Assembly: GCA_028826165.1 (NCBI GenBank) | Contig: JAPDFW010000069.1 | Span: 248,001 to 312,000 of the forward strand | From: Anaeramoeba ignava BMAN | Taxonomy: Eukaryota > Protista > Anaeramoebae | Length of the DNA: 64,000 nt | Direction of reading: 5' to 3' | Shown: positions 40,801 through 54,069 of the stretch, piece by piece | Numbering within the stretch: the stretch's first letter is position 1 | Layout: the number at the start of each line of letters is the position of its first letter | The notes under the pieces: model-generated | The model's database searches: none | Told to the model about the DNA's origin: nothing | Seen by the model: the letters and a program-made list of their open reading frames with translations, nothing else | Program-made: the position numbers and the translations under genes

Positions 40801-42397
40801 TTTGATTTTGATTTTTGATTTGTTGAATAAATTGTTTAAATTCTTCAATTTCTTCTTTTCTTTTTTCAAATTCATTTTTAAATTGTTGAATTATTTCTTC
40901 AAATGATTTTAAATCTTCTTCTGTTTTTAATTTGGGAAAATTTATTAATTCTTGATTTTTTTTATCAATTTCTTCCAAATTTTTATTCTCCATTTTTTTG
41001 AATTTATTTTGAATTTTTTGAATTTTTTTTTGGAAATTTTCTAAATCTTGTTTTCTATTTTCTTCAAATAAATCTTTCAAATTAATAACTACTTTCTGAA
41101 ATGTTTGTAATTCTTCTTTTTTCTTTTTTTCATTATTTTGAATTATTTGTTGAAATTTTTCTTCAATTTCTTTTTCCCATTTTTCATATTCTTCTTGAAT
41201 TTCTTGAATTTGTTTTTTCATTTTTTTCAATTTTTCTAATTTTTCTTTTTGCTTATCAACATTTGATTTTTGAAGTTTTCTTGTTTTATCATAAAGTTGA
41301 TTAATTTTAAATTTTGTTATTTGATTTTCTTCTTCAATTTGTTCAATATTTGAATTTAATAAAATAATTTTATTTTGAAGTTGAGAAATTGATTTATTTT
41401 TGATTTTTTGAATTTGAAATTGATTAATTGATTTTGTTTGTGAAATTTGATTTAATAAAGTTGAAAAAGAATTTTCAATTTCAATTTTTTCATTTTCATT
41501 TTGATTTATTTCAAAATTAATAAATTTAATCAATTTTTTTTGATTATTTTGATTCAATTTTTGTTTAATTTGTTGAATAATTTGAAATTGATTTGAAATA
41601 TTTTGATTTAAAGAAATTAATCCAATAAAATTATAAATTTGATTTTGATTTTGATTTAAATATTTATCAAAATTTGGATTTGAAATAATAAATTGAATAT
41701 TTTGGAAAATAAATTTTTCACAATTTTGAGAAATATTTTTTGAATTAATTTTTTGAGATTTAAAATAAATTTCTAAAATATTTTCAATATTAAAAATTGA
41801 TTGAATTTCAAGTTCAATTTTGATTTGAATTTCTTTTAATTTAATTTCATTTGCAAATTTAAAATATTCATCAAATTTTTGTTTATCAAATTTAAATTTT
41901 CCATTATAAAAAAATTTAATAATTGGTTTAACAATTTCAGAACTAAAATTATTAAAATAAATTGAATTTAAATTATTTTCTCTTCTATTTATCATAAAAT
42001 ATTTTGAACGAGCTTCTAAAATTGATTTATGACAAGGAATTGAAATTTTATCTTTTCCACAATAAATTTGAAAATCTGAAGTTTCTTCATTTCCAAACAT
42101 TAAACCAATTTGTTTATTTGCTTGATTTATTAAGAATTTATTGAATTTTTTAATTTTGGATTGAATTTGTTGATTTTGAATTTGATTTTTATTTTGATTT
42201 TTTGGATGACTTTCTTTTTGGATTTTTGGATGCTTTTTTTGGATTTGAATTTGATTTTGATTTTGATTTTGAATTTGATTTTGATTTTTATTTATTGATT
42301 TTGATTTTGATTTTGATTTTGAATGATGTTTGGAATGATATTTGGAATAATTTTTTGAATCAATTTGTTTTGAATGATGTTTTGAAGAATCGCTCAT
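37801..42397 (-). CDS. BTB - coiled coil - armadillo-like repeats - Rab8/Rab1-like GTPase fusion (1018 aa, 9 exons)
   Basis: Exons 42397-40402, 40296-40168, 40124-39960, 39819-39688, 39388-39336, 39207-39184, 38677-38494, 38326-38303 and 38150-37801, all GT-AG and in phase. BTB: [30 protein letters not shown]. Rab: [51 protein letters not shown]. Confidence 0.6.
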
Positions 42398-42711
42398 TTT
42401 ACTTTTTGGAATTGTTTTTTGAAAAGAAAAAAAAAGGAAAATTAGTTTTTTATTTGAATAAATAAAATAAATATTTGTGAAATGATAATAAATCAATAAT
42501 AAAAAAAAAGGAGAAAATTGTAAATTATAATTTGTTTATTGATTAAATAATTTTATTTTAATTAATAATTTATAAATATTTTGATTATTGGAATGTTTTT
42601 AATAATATTTTTATGTTTAATTTGATATTTTTATATTTAATTTTTTTTAAAAAATATTTACTTAATTAAAATTGTTTTTTTATTTAAAAATTTTGAAAAG
42701 AAAAAAATGAA

Positions 42712-43140
42712 AAAAAAAGGGAAAATTATTTTAATTTAATTTTTAATTTAATTTTTGAATTTAAAAATTATTAATAAATTTAAATTTTAAAACAAATTTC
42801 CAAATTAATATTAATTCAATTTAATTCAAAAAGATAAAATTTTAATTTAAAAATCAATTTTCAAAATATTTTTAAATAATAAAATATTTAAATCTAAAAC
42901 ATTAAATTATTATTTTAATAATAAAATTGAATATTAAATTATATTTTTAAATTAATTTATAAATTAAATATTAAATTAAATCTATTCTTATTTTTTATAT
43001 TTATATGTTAAATATTTAAATATTAAATTATTTACATCTAAAACATTAAATTATTATTTTAATAATAAAATTAAATATTAAATTATATTTTTAAATTAAT
43101 TTATAAATTAAATATTAAATTAAATCTATTCTTATTTTTC
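42712..43140 (-). repeat. Family-A module (about 2 array units plus conserved tail), inverted copy of about 22975-23415
   Basis: Its reverse complement reads ttttgaaaattgattttt..attttatcttttt..gaattaaattgaattaatattaatttggaaatttgttttaaaattt, as at 23250-23345. Confidence 0.85.
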
Positions 43141-43206
43141 AATTTTCATTTTTCATTTTTCATTTTTTATTTTTCATTTTTCAACAAAAAATATAGAAGA
43201 TAAATA

Positions 43207-46200
43207 ATGTTAGTATCATTTATTGTGGATACTTCATATTCAATGCTCCAAACAACATCATATGGAGTTAGTTTATTAGATTGTGCAAAATCAGCAATTG
43301 AACATATAATTAAAACTCGGTCACTTGATCCAATATCGAAAGATGATAAATATTTTTTAGTTACACTTGAATCAAATGGAATTAAAGTTATTAATTCATT
43401 TCAAACTGATTTTAAAATATTAATTTAAATTCAAAATATAAATTTATTTCAAAATATAAATTTATTTCAAAATATTAATTTATTTCAAAATATTAATTTA
43501 TTTCAAAATATAAATTTATTTCAAAATATTAATTTATTCCAAAATATTAATTTATTTCAAAATATAAATTTATTTCAAAATATAAATTTATTTCAAAATA
43601 TAAATTTATTTCAAAATATTAATTTATTTCAAAATATTAATTTATTCCAAAATATTAATTTATTTCAAAATATAAATTTATTTCAAAATATTAATTTATT
43701 CCAAAATATAAATTTATTTCAAAATATTAATTTATTTCAAAATATTAATTTATTCCAAAATATAAATTTAAAGGTTGGTTGGCAAGATCCTCAAGTTGAA
43801 TTTTTAGAGAAATTAAAATATATTGAAGCAAAAGATTTAACTGATCTTGGAATTGGTTTAACTCATTCTTTTGAATTATTAAATAAATTTAGATTATTAA
43901 ATGGTGTAGAATGTTATGGTGAAGGAAGATGTTTATGGAGAATTCAACCTTCTTTAATTTTTATATTTACAGATGGTGATAATAATTCAACACTTTCAGG
44001 AGTTTCTGAAGTATTTATTAAAATTAAAATCAAAATTAAAATTCATTTTGAATTTAAAATCAAATTTAAAATTTAAAATTTAAAATTAAAATTAAAATTA
44101 AAATCAAAATTAAAATCAAAATTAAAATCAAAATTAAAATCGGATAAAAAATTCATTTTGAATTTAAAATTCATTTTAAATTTAAAATCAAAATCAAAAT
44201 CAAAATCAAAATCAAATTTAAAATTAAATTTAAAATTAAATTTAAAATTAAAATTAAAATTCATTTTAAATTTAAAATCAAAATCTAAATCAAAATCAAA
44301 ATCAAAATTAAAATTAAAATTATAATTAGAAATTAAAATTAAAATTATAATTAAAATTAAATTAAAATTAAAATTAAAATTAAAATTAAAATTCATTTTG
44401 AATTTAAAATTAAAATTAAAATTCATTTTGAATTTAAAATTAAAATCGGATAAAAAATTAAAATCGGATAAAAATTAAAATCGGATAAAAAATTCATTTT
44501 GAAAATTAGAATAGATTCTAATACACACAAGCACAGAATTCGGATCTAATTTCACATTAGAACCATTCCGTTGGGATCAAAGAGTATACTCAATTGTAAT
44601 GAAATTCCCAGCAATTGATTCAACAGAAACCAACTTGAATTTTTCATCGATCAACACGATAGAAAAAACCTTCACAATATCATCGGAAGAGCCGATTTCT
44701 TTGATGTGTGAAGTAACTGCAGGAAACTGTTTTGTTGTGCGGAACATGCGGCAACTGCTTTCATGTTCTGAGGAATTAGTGCGAAAAGTTTTTACTCGAT
44801 ACGCTTCAGTTTGTTTTGAAAGTTTTGGGTTGAATTCCGAACGGATCAAGCATCAAAACGCGCTGATAGCAGTCAATTCCATTTCGGGCAGTTGGCCTAT
44901 CCCTGAGAACTTCCTAATCACAAGATCGATGATGAAGCTCCCTTCAAGACATGCTCAGCCGCTGATAAAAGTTGATCTAAACGGGGTTGATTTGGGGATA
45001 CTTGAGAAATTTCCTGTTGATTGCTACGATATTGAGAAGTGCTTGCTTAGTGAAGAGCTGATAAAACTCAACCAGCCCAACTTGTGCTATCGAGTTTATG
45101 CGGAGGGAAGCATGCCTATTAATAACGGACTTGGGGGATCTTTTGGGTTTCTGAAACAGTCCTCGACAAACAGAAAAATCAAACTTTATGTTTTGCCTTA
45201 TAATTATGAACTACTTTTTTCGCTTTTGAACCGATTGATTTTGGTTCAATCCAAAAATCAGCAGTATTTCAATACGTTTAGAAAGGATTTCGAGATGTAT
45301 TTGCAGTCAATTCCGCGATATTATTTTCCATACTTGAAAAATGCACTTGTTTCTTTTGGATTTCCAAATATTATCAATGATCAAACTACTATTTTATCCG
45401 ATTTGGGTCTTTCCATTTATGTCACACAAAATTTGCAAGAACTTCATCACCAAGCAAAATTAGAGAATGAAAAAATGCAATCCATTTTACGAGAAAAGCT
45501 GCAAATGCGCCAGGAGAAAAACCAAGGAATGCATTTAGAAAATCAAAAAAACGTCAAAAAATCAAATGGATTCAATGGATTGGGGATGTTTGGGACAACA
45601 ACACAACCCAAACGAGGAGCGAACCAGCCAGCGCGGCTGAAAGAATCTGCTGTTGAACCGCTTGTTATTCGGCCTTTTGAGATTGCGCGGGATTCGCTAG
45701 CTGCCAAACTGGAGGAAATGAGGACAAAATGGTTCAATCTTGGAACACAACCGCCAATTGAACCCAAGTTTATGATTCCTGTTTCCGAAATGGGAAACTA
45801 CAAGCATGCTTTGTTGAGCCAGAAGTTCTTGAGATCCGTCGATGAAGACGAGGAAGAAAGGCGAAAGCGTATTAGAACGCCTTTCTTTGGGAATCCCTTT
45901 AAAAATCAATCAACTGGAAATCAAAATTTACATGTTGATGAAGCTGATGGAAATATTGATTTTGAAAGTCCTCAAAAAAGGAATTCTCCATCAAGAAAAA
46001 ATTCGCGACATTTTGGGAAAGGAAGAAAAATGAAAGAAATTGAAATTAAAAATCAAAATCAAAATCAAAATCAAAATTCAAATGAAATTAAAAATCAAGA
46101 TGAAATTAAAAATGAAATTAAAAATCAAGATGAAATTAAAAATAAAATTGAAATCAAAATTCAAAACCAAAATCAAAATATAAATCAAAATCAAAATCAA

Positions 46201-46551
46201 AATCAAATTCAAAATCAAAATCAAAATATAAATCAAAATCAAAATCAAATTCAAAATCAAAATCAAATTCAAAATAGTTCAAAAATTTTTTCCGATTTAG
46301 ATTCAAAAGATCCTTCAAAACATAATTCTCAAATTCTTATTTCTATTCTTGCTTTAATTCGTAAATCTAATTTTCCAAAAACAAATAAAATTGATTCTGT
46401 TTTTGAAAAAGTTAATATGTTAATTGGAAAAGATTATGAAAAAAAACCTTTTCTTATTCAAATTGCAAAAACAATTCAAAGATATAAAGAAATGATTTTA
46501 TTACAAAAATTTGAAGAAAAATTTGGGAATTTGATTCATGGTTTTTATTAA
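43207..46551 (+). CDS. INTS6: Integrator complex subunit 6 (VWA)
   Basis: FIVDTSYSM..LLDCAKSAIE..DKYFLVT, YGEGR, FTDG, GSNFTLEPFRWDQR, WPIPE..LPSRHAQP, FPVDCYDIE, FGFLK..LYVLPYNY, IPVSEMGNY, FGNPF. Introns 43387-43773 and 44011-44514. Confidence 0.92.
43430..43770. repeat. Intronic 18-bp tandem repeat ttcaaaatat(a/t)aatttat
   Basis: About 19 visible units in INTS6 intron 1. Confidence 0.88.
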
Positions 46552-46655
46552 AAAAAAAAAAAAGAAATAAAAAGGAAAAATTAGAAGAAAAAATCAAACA
46601 AAATTATTTTGATTTAATTTGATTTTTTTTTTTTGATTTGAATTTTGTTTTCCTT

Positions 46656-49600
46656 TTACATAAATCCTTGTTCTTTTAAAATATTTTCAAGAATAGTTGA
46701 TTGAACAGCATCCTAAATAAAATTAAATAAAAATTAAATTAAAATTTTAAATTGAATTTTTTAAATTGAATTAAAATTTTCTTTTACAAAAACAAATCTG
46801 ATTTCATTTGTGTTTGTTGCACAAGAATAATGAACAAAAATACTTCTTTTAGTATTTTTTCCTGCTTTAACAAATAAAGTTTTAATAAATTTGATAACTT
46901 CTTCATAATTATTTGAACCTTTAAAATCTTCAAAGCATTTATTAAAATTAACTTTTTGAATTTTATCTTTGAAAAGATCAGTTTTATTGAATAAAATGAC
47001 ACAATTTTTATTAGAGAGAAATTGGTTATTTGCTGTTGTTTCGAATAATTTAAGTGATTCATGTAATCTATTTGTTGTGTTATCTTCAAATAGTTTTTGG
47101 TCATATTCATTTACAGCAACAACATAAATTAATAAAGTTGTATCATCAAAATGATGAATCCATTTCTTTCTTTCTGAGCGTTGTCCTCCAACATCAACAA
47201 CTCTTTTAAATCAATTTTAAATCAAATTTATATTAATTTTAAATCAATTTTAAATCAATTTTAAATCAAATTTATATCAATTTTAAATCAAATTTAAATC
47301 AATTTTAAATCAATTTTAAATCAAATTTAAATCAAATTTATATCAATTTTAAATCAATTTTAAATCAAATTTAAATTAAATTTATATTAATTTTAAATCA
47401 ATTTTAAATCAAATTTAAATCAATTTTAAATCAATTTTAAATCAATTTTAAATCAATTTTAAATCAATTTTAAATCAATTTTAAATCAATTTTAAATCAA
47501 TTTTATATTAATTTTAAATCAATTTTATATCAATTTTAAATCAATTTTAAATCAATTTTATATCAATTTTAAATTAATTTTAAATTATTAATTTTATATC
47601 AATTTTATATTAATTTTATATTAATTTTATATTAATTAATTTTATATTAATTTTAAATCAATTTTAAATCAAATTTTAAATCAATTTTCAATTTTATTTC
47701 AATAAATCAATTTTATATTAATTTTAAATCAATTTTAAATTAATTTTATATTAATTTTAAATCAAAATCAATTTTATATTAAATTTTATATTAATTTTAA
47801 ATTAATTTTATATCAATTTTATATTAATTTTATATCAATTTTATATCAATTTTATATTAATTTTATATCAATTTTAAATCAATTTTATATCAATTTTAAA
47901 TTAATTTTATATTAATTTTTATATCAATTTATATCAATTTTATATCAATTTTAAATTAATTTTATATCAATTTTATATTAATTTTAAATCAAATTTATAT
48001 TAATTTTATATTAATTTTATATTAATTTTAAATTAATTTTAAAATTAATTTTATATCAATTTTATATCAATTTTATATCAATTTTTAAATTAATTTTATA
48101 TTAATTTTAAATTAATTTTATATCAATTTTATATCGAATTTTATATTAATTTTATATTAATTTTAAATCAATTTTAAATCAATTTTAAATCAAATTTATA
48201 TCAATTTTAAATCAATTTTTATATCAATTTTAAATCAATTTTTAAATTAATTTTATATCAATTTTAAATCAATTTTAAATCAAATTTAAATCAAATTTTA
48301 TATCAATTTTTAAATCAATTTTAAATTAATTTTATATCAATTTTATATCAATTTTAAATCAATTTTAAATCAATTTTAAATCAATTTTAAATCAATTTTA
48401 AATCAATTTTATATCAATTTTAAATCAATTTTATATCAATTTTATATTAATTTTAAATCAATTTTAAATCAATTTTATATCAATTTTAAATCAATTTTAA
48501 ATCAATTTTAAATCAATTTTTAAATCAATTTTATATCAATTTTTATATTAATTTTAAATTAATTTTAAAATCAATTTTAAATCAATTTTATATCAATTTT
48601 ATATTAATTTTAAATCAATTTTAAATCAAATTTAAAATCAATTTTATATCAATTTTATATTAATTTTATATCAATTTTAAATCAATTTTATATCAATTTT
48701 ATATCAATTTTTATATCAATTTTTATATCAATTTTAAATCAATTTTAAATCAATTTAAATTAATTTTATATCAATTTTATATTAATTTTATATCAATTTT
48801 ATATCAATTTTAAATTAATTTTAAATCAATTTTAAATCAATTTTAAATTAATTTTATATCAATTTTAAATCAATTTTATATCAATTTTAAATCAATTTTA
48901 AATCAATTTTAAATTAATTTTAAATCAATTTTATATCAATTTTAAATCAATTTTTAAATCAATTTTATATTAATTTTATATTAATTTTATATTAATTTTA
49001 TATTAATTTTAAATCAATTTTATATCAATTTTAAATCAATTTTAAATCAATTTTAAATCAAATTTATATCAATTTTAAATTAATTTTAAATCAATTTTAA
49101 ATCAAATTTAAATCAAATTTATATCAATTTTAAATCAAATTTATATTAATTTTATATCAATTTTAAATTAATTTTATATCAATTTTAAATCAATTTTATA
49201 TCAATTTTAAATTAATTTTAAATTAATTTTAAATCAATTTTAAATCAATTTTATATCAATTTTATATCAATTTTAAATCAATTTTATATTAATTTTAAAT
49301 CAATTTTAAATTAATTTTATATCAATTTTATATCAATTTTAAATTAAATTAAATTACTTCCAAGGTTGGTTGTTAACCAAAAATTCAACAACTTTAACAC
49401 CTGTTGTAGATATTCGACAGTTTAAAATATCTTGATCAGATGGTTTATAATTTTCTGAAGCAATTCTATCAATATTATCCAAAAAACTGTTTTTATTTTT
49501 GAATTTGATTTCATTTTAATTTTGATTTTGATTTTGATTTTGATTTTGATTTTGATTTTGATTTTGATTTTGATTTTAATTTTGTTTTTGATTTTTATTT

Positions 49601-51221
49601 TGAATTTTGATTTTGATTTTGATTTTAATTTTAATTTTGATTTTGATTTTGATTTTGATTTTGATTTTAATTTTGATTTTGATTTCAATTTTATTTTTAA
49701 TTGAATCTTGATTTTTAATTTGATTTTGATTTTAATTTTGATTTTGATTTTGATTTTGATTTTGATTTTGATTTTGAATTTTATTTTGAATTTGATTTTG
49801 AATTTGAAATTGTTTTTGATTTTGATTTTAATTTTGATTTCAATTTTGATTTCAATTTTATTTTTAATTTTATTTTTAATTTTATTTTTAATTTCATTTT
49901 TGATTTTGATTTTGATTTTAATTTTGATTTTGATTTTGATTTTGATTTTGATTTTGATTTTGATTTTGATTTTGATTTTGAATTTGAAATTGTTTTTGAT
50001 TTTTTATTTTGTTTTAGATTTCAATTTTATTTTTAATTGAATCTTGATTTTGATTTTGATTTTGATTTTGATTTTGATTTTAATTTGAATTTTGATTTTG
50101 ATTTTGATTTTGATTTTGATTTTGATTTTGATTTTGATTTTGATTTTAATTTTGATTTTGTTTTTGTTTTTGATTTTGATTTTGATTTTGATTTTGATTT
50201 TGATTTTGATTTTAATTTTGATTTTGATTTAAATTTTTATTTTTAATTTTATTTTTAATTTCATTTTTAATTTCATTTTTGATTTTGATTTTTTTTTTTA
50301 TTATTAATTTGATAAATTTTACTATCCAGCTGAGTCAGCTAATTGAAATTGAGCTCTTTTTTCAAATGACATTTTCATTGCTGGATCATTCCATAATTGT
50401 TTTGAAGCTAAAATAGAATTTGGAGTAAATGAATCAATTATATCTGGTAAATTAAGAAAATCTTCTGCAATTTTCTTTTGATTTTTTTTTTAAAAATTAA
50501 AAAAAAATTTTTCAATTAAATTCTTTTGTTGTTTTTTTTTTGTGGAATTTTTCTTTTAAAGTTAATTTAGAATCGATTGTTTTATTCAATTTATTATTTT
50601 TATATTATTTTTTATTTAATTTTTTAATTAAAATTGATCACTGATCACTTAATAATAAAAATTAAATAAAAATTAAATAAATTTATATTTTATAAAAAAA
50701 AAAAAGAGAAAGTGAGAAAATTAAACAAAAATTGATCAACAAAAAAAAAAAATTTATTCAAAAATTTACTTCATTTGATTTGTGGAGTTTTAAATCTAAC
50801 ATTTGAACACCTTTAAGAAGAATCTTAATGTAAGTAATAATATTAGTTCTAATGACATTTCGATATAATTGTTTATCTTCTTTTGAAAAACCATCTTTAT
50901 ATAAAATTTGCATTTGTTTCAATAAAGTTGATTTACCAGAATCTCCAGCTCCTAAAAATTAAATATATTATTAAATAAATTATTAAATAAATTATAAAAG
51001 AAAAAAAGAAAGAAAATTAAAATTTTTTAAACGTTTTTTTTTTGCTTTTTTTTTCCTTTTTTCTTTGTGTTTTTTTTTTGCTTTTTTTTTTTATAAAAAC
51101 CTAATATTAATAATTTCACTTGTTGTTTTTGAACTAAGTCTGATTTTTTTAATTCTTGTTCAACCAATTCATTTCTTGCAATTTCTTCTTTTCGTTTTTT
51201 TTTGAGATTTTTATTTCCCAT
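46656..51221 (-). CDS. Heterotrimeric G protein alpha subunit
   Basis: MG start; KLLILGAGDSGKST, DILNCRISTTG, DVGGQRSERKKWIH, NRLHESL, LFNKTD, HYSCATN; 5 GT-AG introns. Confidence 0.94.
47203..49357. repeat. 2.15-kb G-alpha intron made of an 11-bp repeat tttta(a/t)at(c/t)aa
   Basis: Unit directly visible along the whole intron. Confidence 0.92.
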
Positions 51222-51566
51222 TTTGTTTTTTTTAAAAGAAAATTGAAAAAAAAAATATAAAAAATGAAAAATGAAAAATGAAAAATGAAAATTTTTTTCA
51301 ATTTTTTCTTTTTAATAAAAAAAAAAAAGAATTTAATAAGAATTTTAAATAGAAATTAAATTAAAATTTTAAGAATAAATTAACTGTGAAAAAAATTTTG
51401 ATTATTTTTATTAATTACAAGATCTTTTTTTTTTTTAATTTAAATTTTTTTAATTTTTCTTCTTTTTTTTTTTTTTCTCCTTTTTAAATAAATTAAATTT
51501 ATTTTTTATTTTTCATTTTTTTCTTTTCCTTTTTGTTTCATTATAAAAATAAAAAATAATTATAAA

Positions 51567-53897
51567 ATGGATGATGAAAAATTTCATGGAATAATAAAAC
51601 CAATAGACACATTAGCAGGACATACATTTGCAGTAAATTCAATAATCAAGCATGGAAACCACGCATTCAGTTCATCAGACGATAGAACAATAAAAGAATG
51701 GGATCTTTTAACAGGAAACGAAATAAACACACTTACTGGACATGAAGGCAAAGTAATATCGTTGCGTGTGCACAACGGGGATCTTTATTCCACGAGCCAA
51801 GACCACACTGTGCGCTCTTGGAACCCCAAAACGGGAGAACAGAAACTTGTGTTTTCGGGACACGAAGGCCGGATAACATGTTTCGGGCTTGACGGCGAAA
51901 GATTGTTTTCCGGCTCCGCAGATAACACGATCCGTTTGTGGAACACGAAAACTGGCAATTGCGGGCACGTGTTTTCCGGCCATACCGACCAAATTTCTGG
52001 ACTTCATGTTTTGCAAAATACGCTGTATTCAGCAAGTGTAGATAAGACATTGCAGTCTTGGGATACAGAGACAGGTCAATGTACAAATGTTTTTGTTGGA
52101 CACCCGTCATGGGTGTTTTGTTTGGAATACAATAATGGCATTTTGTATTCCGGCTCAAAAGACGGATCGATTCGTGCTTGGGATCCGCAAACAGGAATGT
52201 GCACGCGCGTCTTTGAATTCCATCACTATCCTGTTATAAAGATTGAGGTCCACGATGGTGTCTTGTATTCCGGCTCTTGGGATGGCACTATTGGCTGTTT
52301 TAACATATCTTCCGGCCAACCGATTCGCATTTTTGAAGGACATTCCGGCAAAATCACAACGTTTAAAATTGAGGAAAATTTGCTTTTTTCTTGTTCAAGA
52401 GACAGAACAATGCGCGCTTGGAATTTGCGGAATGGAAGATGCGATTTCTTGTTCGAAGGATCCAAAAGTCCGATAAATTGCGTTCTTGTTGACGATGACT
52501 ATATCGCTACTGGCTGTCAAGACGCTAAGATAATCAAGTGGCCAAGTATAAAGGGCAAAAAGTCCAAAGGTGTGACAGTGACAAGCTCAAAAGGCTCAAA
52601 GAAAAAGGACAGGAAACTCTATATAAAAGGGGATCCTGACTTGGCGTTGATTAAAACAATGTACATTGATTACGACGAGAAAAAAGAGCATCTTGAATCC
52701 ATCTCAAACGCCTTTAAAGAGTACTCCACATTTGGCAACCAGGAAGTCAGTGACGGCAAGTTGTTTTCTGAAGAACTCTCGCGGTTTGGCAGTGATTTGA
52801 CAGCATGCGTCTCAAAAGGCGCCAACATTGACACCACCTATCAAAGTCCCAGCAAAACAACCAAACAGACACAGCCTACAGACTCGCAGAGCAACCCTAC
52901 GCAAGAGCAAACCCCGCAAATCTCTCTCGGGCCTCTCGGCGAGCTCGGCGTTCTCGAGTCAACAATAAACTATCTTGAACTTGTTTCCCATTTCGATGAA
53001 GTTGACGACGACATTGGCATCTTTCTCCGCGAATTTGCCGGACTTCAAAACAGACTCGAAAAAGAAAAAGAACGTCTTTATGTCTCTGTCAACAAGCAGT
53101 TTTATAAACCTCTTCGCAATTTTTCCCAACTTCTCAAAAGAGCAAAGCGTTCAATCCAAAATTGCGATACAGCAAGAAAAGAATATGTCAGTAAAAAGAA
53201 AAAACGGACTTCTCAAGCAAATCAATTTAATGTTTTGGAAACTCGATTTGAACTGGCAAAACTTGAAGCAAAAAATAAAATGGAAGAAATTGAAATGCAT
53301 CAGGACATCAACTTTCTCCGCAGCGTATGCACGCTTATGAAACTACAATTTGAATTCCATCGCAATGCTTATGATCTTCTCAACGAGATAGAACCATTGA
53401 TTGGGATCCTTCAGGGAAAAATTGCTCTCTTTGAGGCTAAAAGATCCGCTTATATGCTTCAGAATATTCAGTTGCCGGGAGAAAAACGCCGGAAAAAACC
53501 AGAACCTAAAAAATTTTTGACACTTCGTGCTTATGACGCTCAAAATGAAAATGAACTTAGTTTCGAACAGGATGTCATTGTCAATCTTGTTGAGAAAAAA
53601 AGGAAAATGAGTCTTGGTGAAATTGATGGCAAAACAGGGTTATTTCCAAATTCGCTTGTGATGCCTTTTTATGATGGCACTGAAACTGATACTGAAGAGG
53701 ATATTGTTGACACAGACAACTATGAATCAGAAAAGACTGAAACTGATGGCGAATCAAGAACAACTGACTTTGGCGATGAGCAGCATAGTCAACTTCATGT
53801 TCCCAGAGAAGATAGTCAACTTATTGAACAAGATTTTGGAGATGATGATAATGATGATAATGATGATGATAATGAAAATGATAATGAAAATAATTAA
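51567..53897 (+). CDS. WD40 repeats - BAR-like helical domain - SH3 - acidic tail protein
   Basis: About 8 GH...WD repeats; helical region with FYKPLRNF..CDTARKEY..LMKLQFEFHRNAYDLL; SH3 LRAYDAQNENELSF..GEIDGKTGLFPNSLV. Confidence 0.85.
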   Translation: MDDEKFHGIIKPIDTLAGHTFAVNSIIKHGNHAFSSSDDRTIKEWDLLTGNEINTLTGHEGKVISLRVHNGDLYSTSQDHTVRSWNPKTGEQKLVFSGHEGRITCFGLDGERLFSGSADNTIRLWNTKTGNCGHVFSGHTDQISGLHVLQNTLYSASVDKTLQSWDTETGQCTNVFVGHPSWVFCLEYNNGILYSGSKDGSIRAWDPQTGMCTRVFEFHHYPVIKIEVHDGVLYSGSWDGTIGCFNISSGQPIRIFEGHSGKITTFKIEENLLFSCSRDRTMRAWNLRNGRCDFLFEGSKSPINCVLVDDDYIATGCQDAKIIKWPSIKGKKSKGVTVTSSKGSKKKDRKLYIKGDPDLALIKTMYIDYDEKKEHLESISNAFKEYSTFGNQEVSDGKLFSEELSRFGSDLTACVSKGANIDTTYQSPSKTTKQTQPTDSQSNPTQEQTPQISLGPLGELGVLESTINYLELVSHFDEVDDDIGIFLREFAGLQNRLEKEKERLYVSVNKQFYKPLRNFSQLLKRAKRSIQNCDTARKEYVSKKKKRTSQANQFNVLETRFELAKLEAKNKMEEIEMHQDINFLRSVCTLMKLQFEFHRNAYDLLNEIEPLIGILQGKIALFEAKRSAYMLQNIQLPGEKRRKKPEPKKFLTLRAYDAQNENELSFEQDVIVNLVEKKRKMSLGEIDGKTGLFPNSLVMPFYDGTETDTEEDIVDTDNYESEKTETDGESRTTDFGDEQHSQLHVPREDSQLIEQDFGDDDNDDNDDDNENDNENN

Positions 53898-54069
53898 TGA
53901 AATAATTAATGAAACAATTAATGAAATAATTAATGAAATAATTAATAACTGATTTTTTTTCTTTCTTTCTTTCTTTCTTTCTTGGCATTTATTTTAAGTG
54001 TCAATTCCAAATGTTATTGCATTACTTTCTTTCATTTTTTTCACAGAAATAATAAAACGAATTTTTTAA

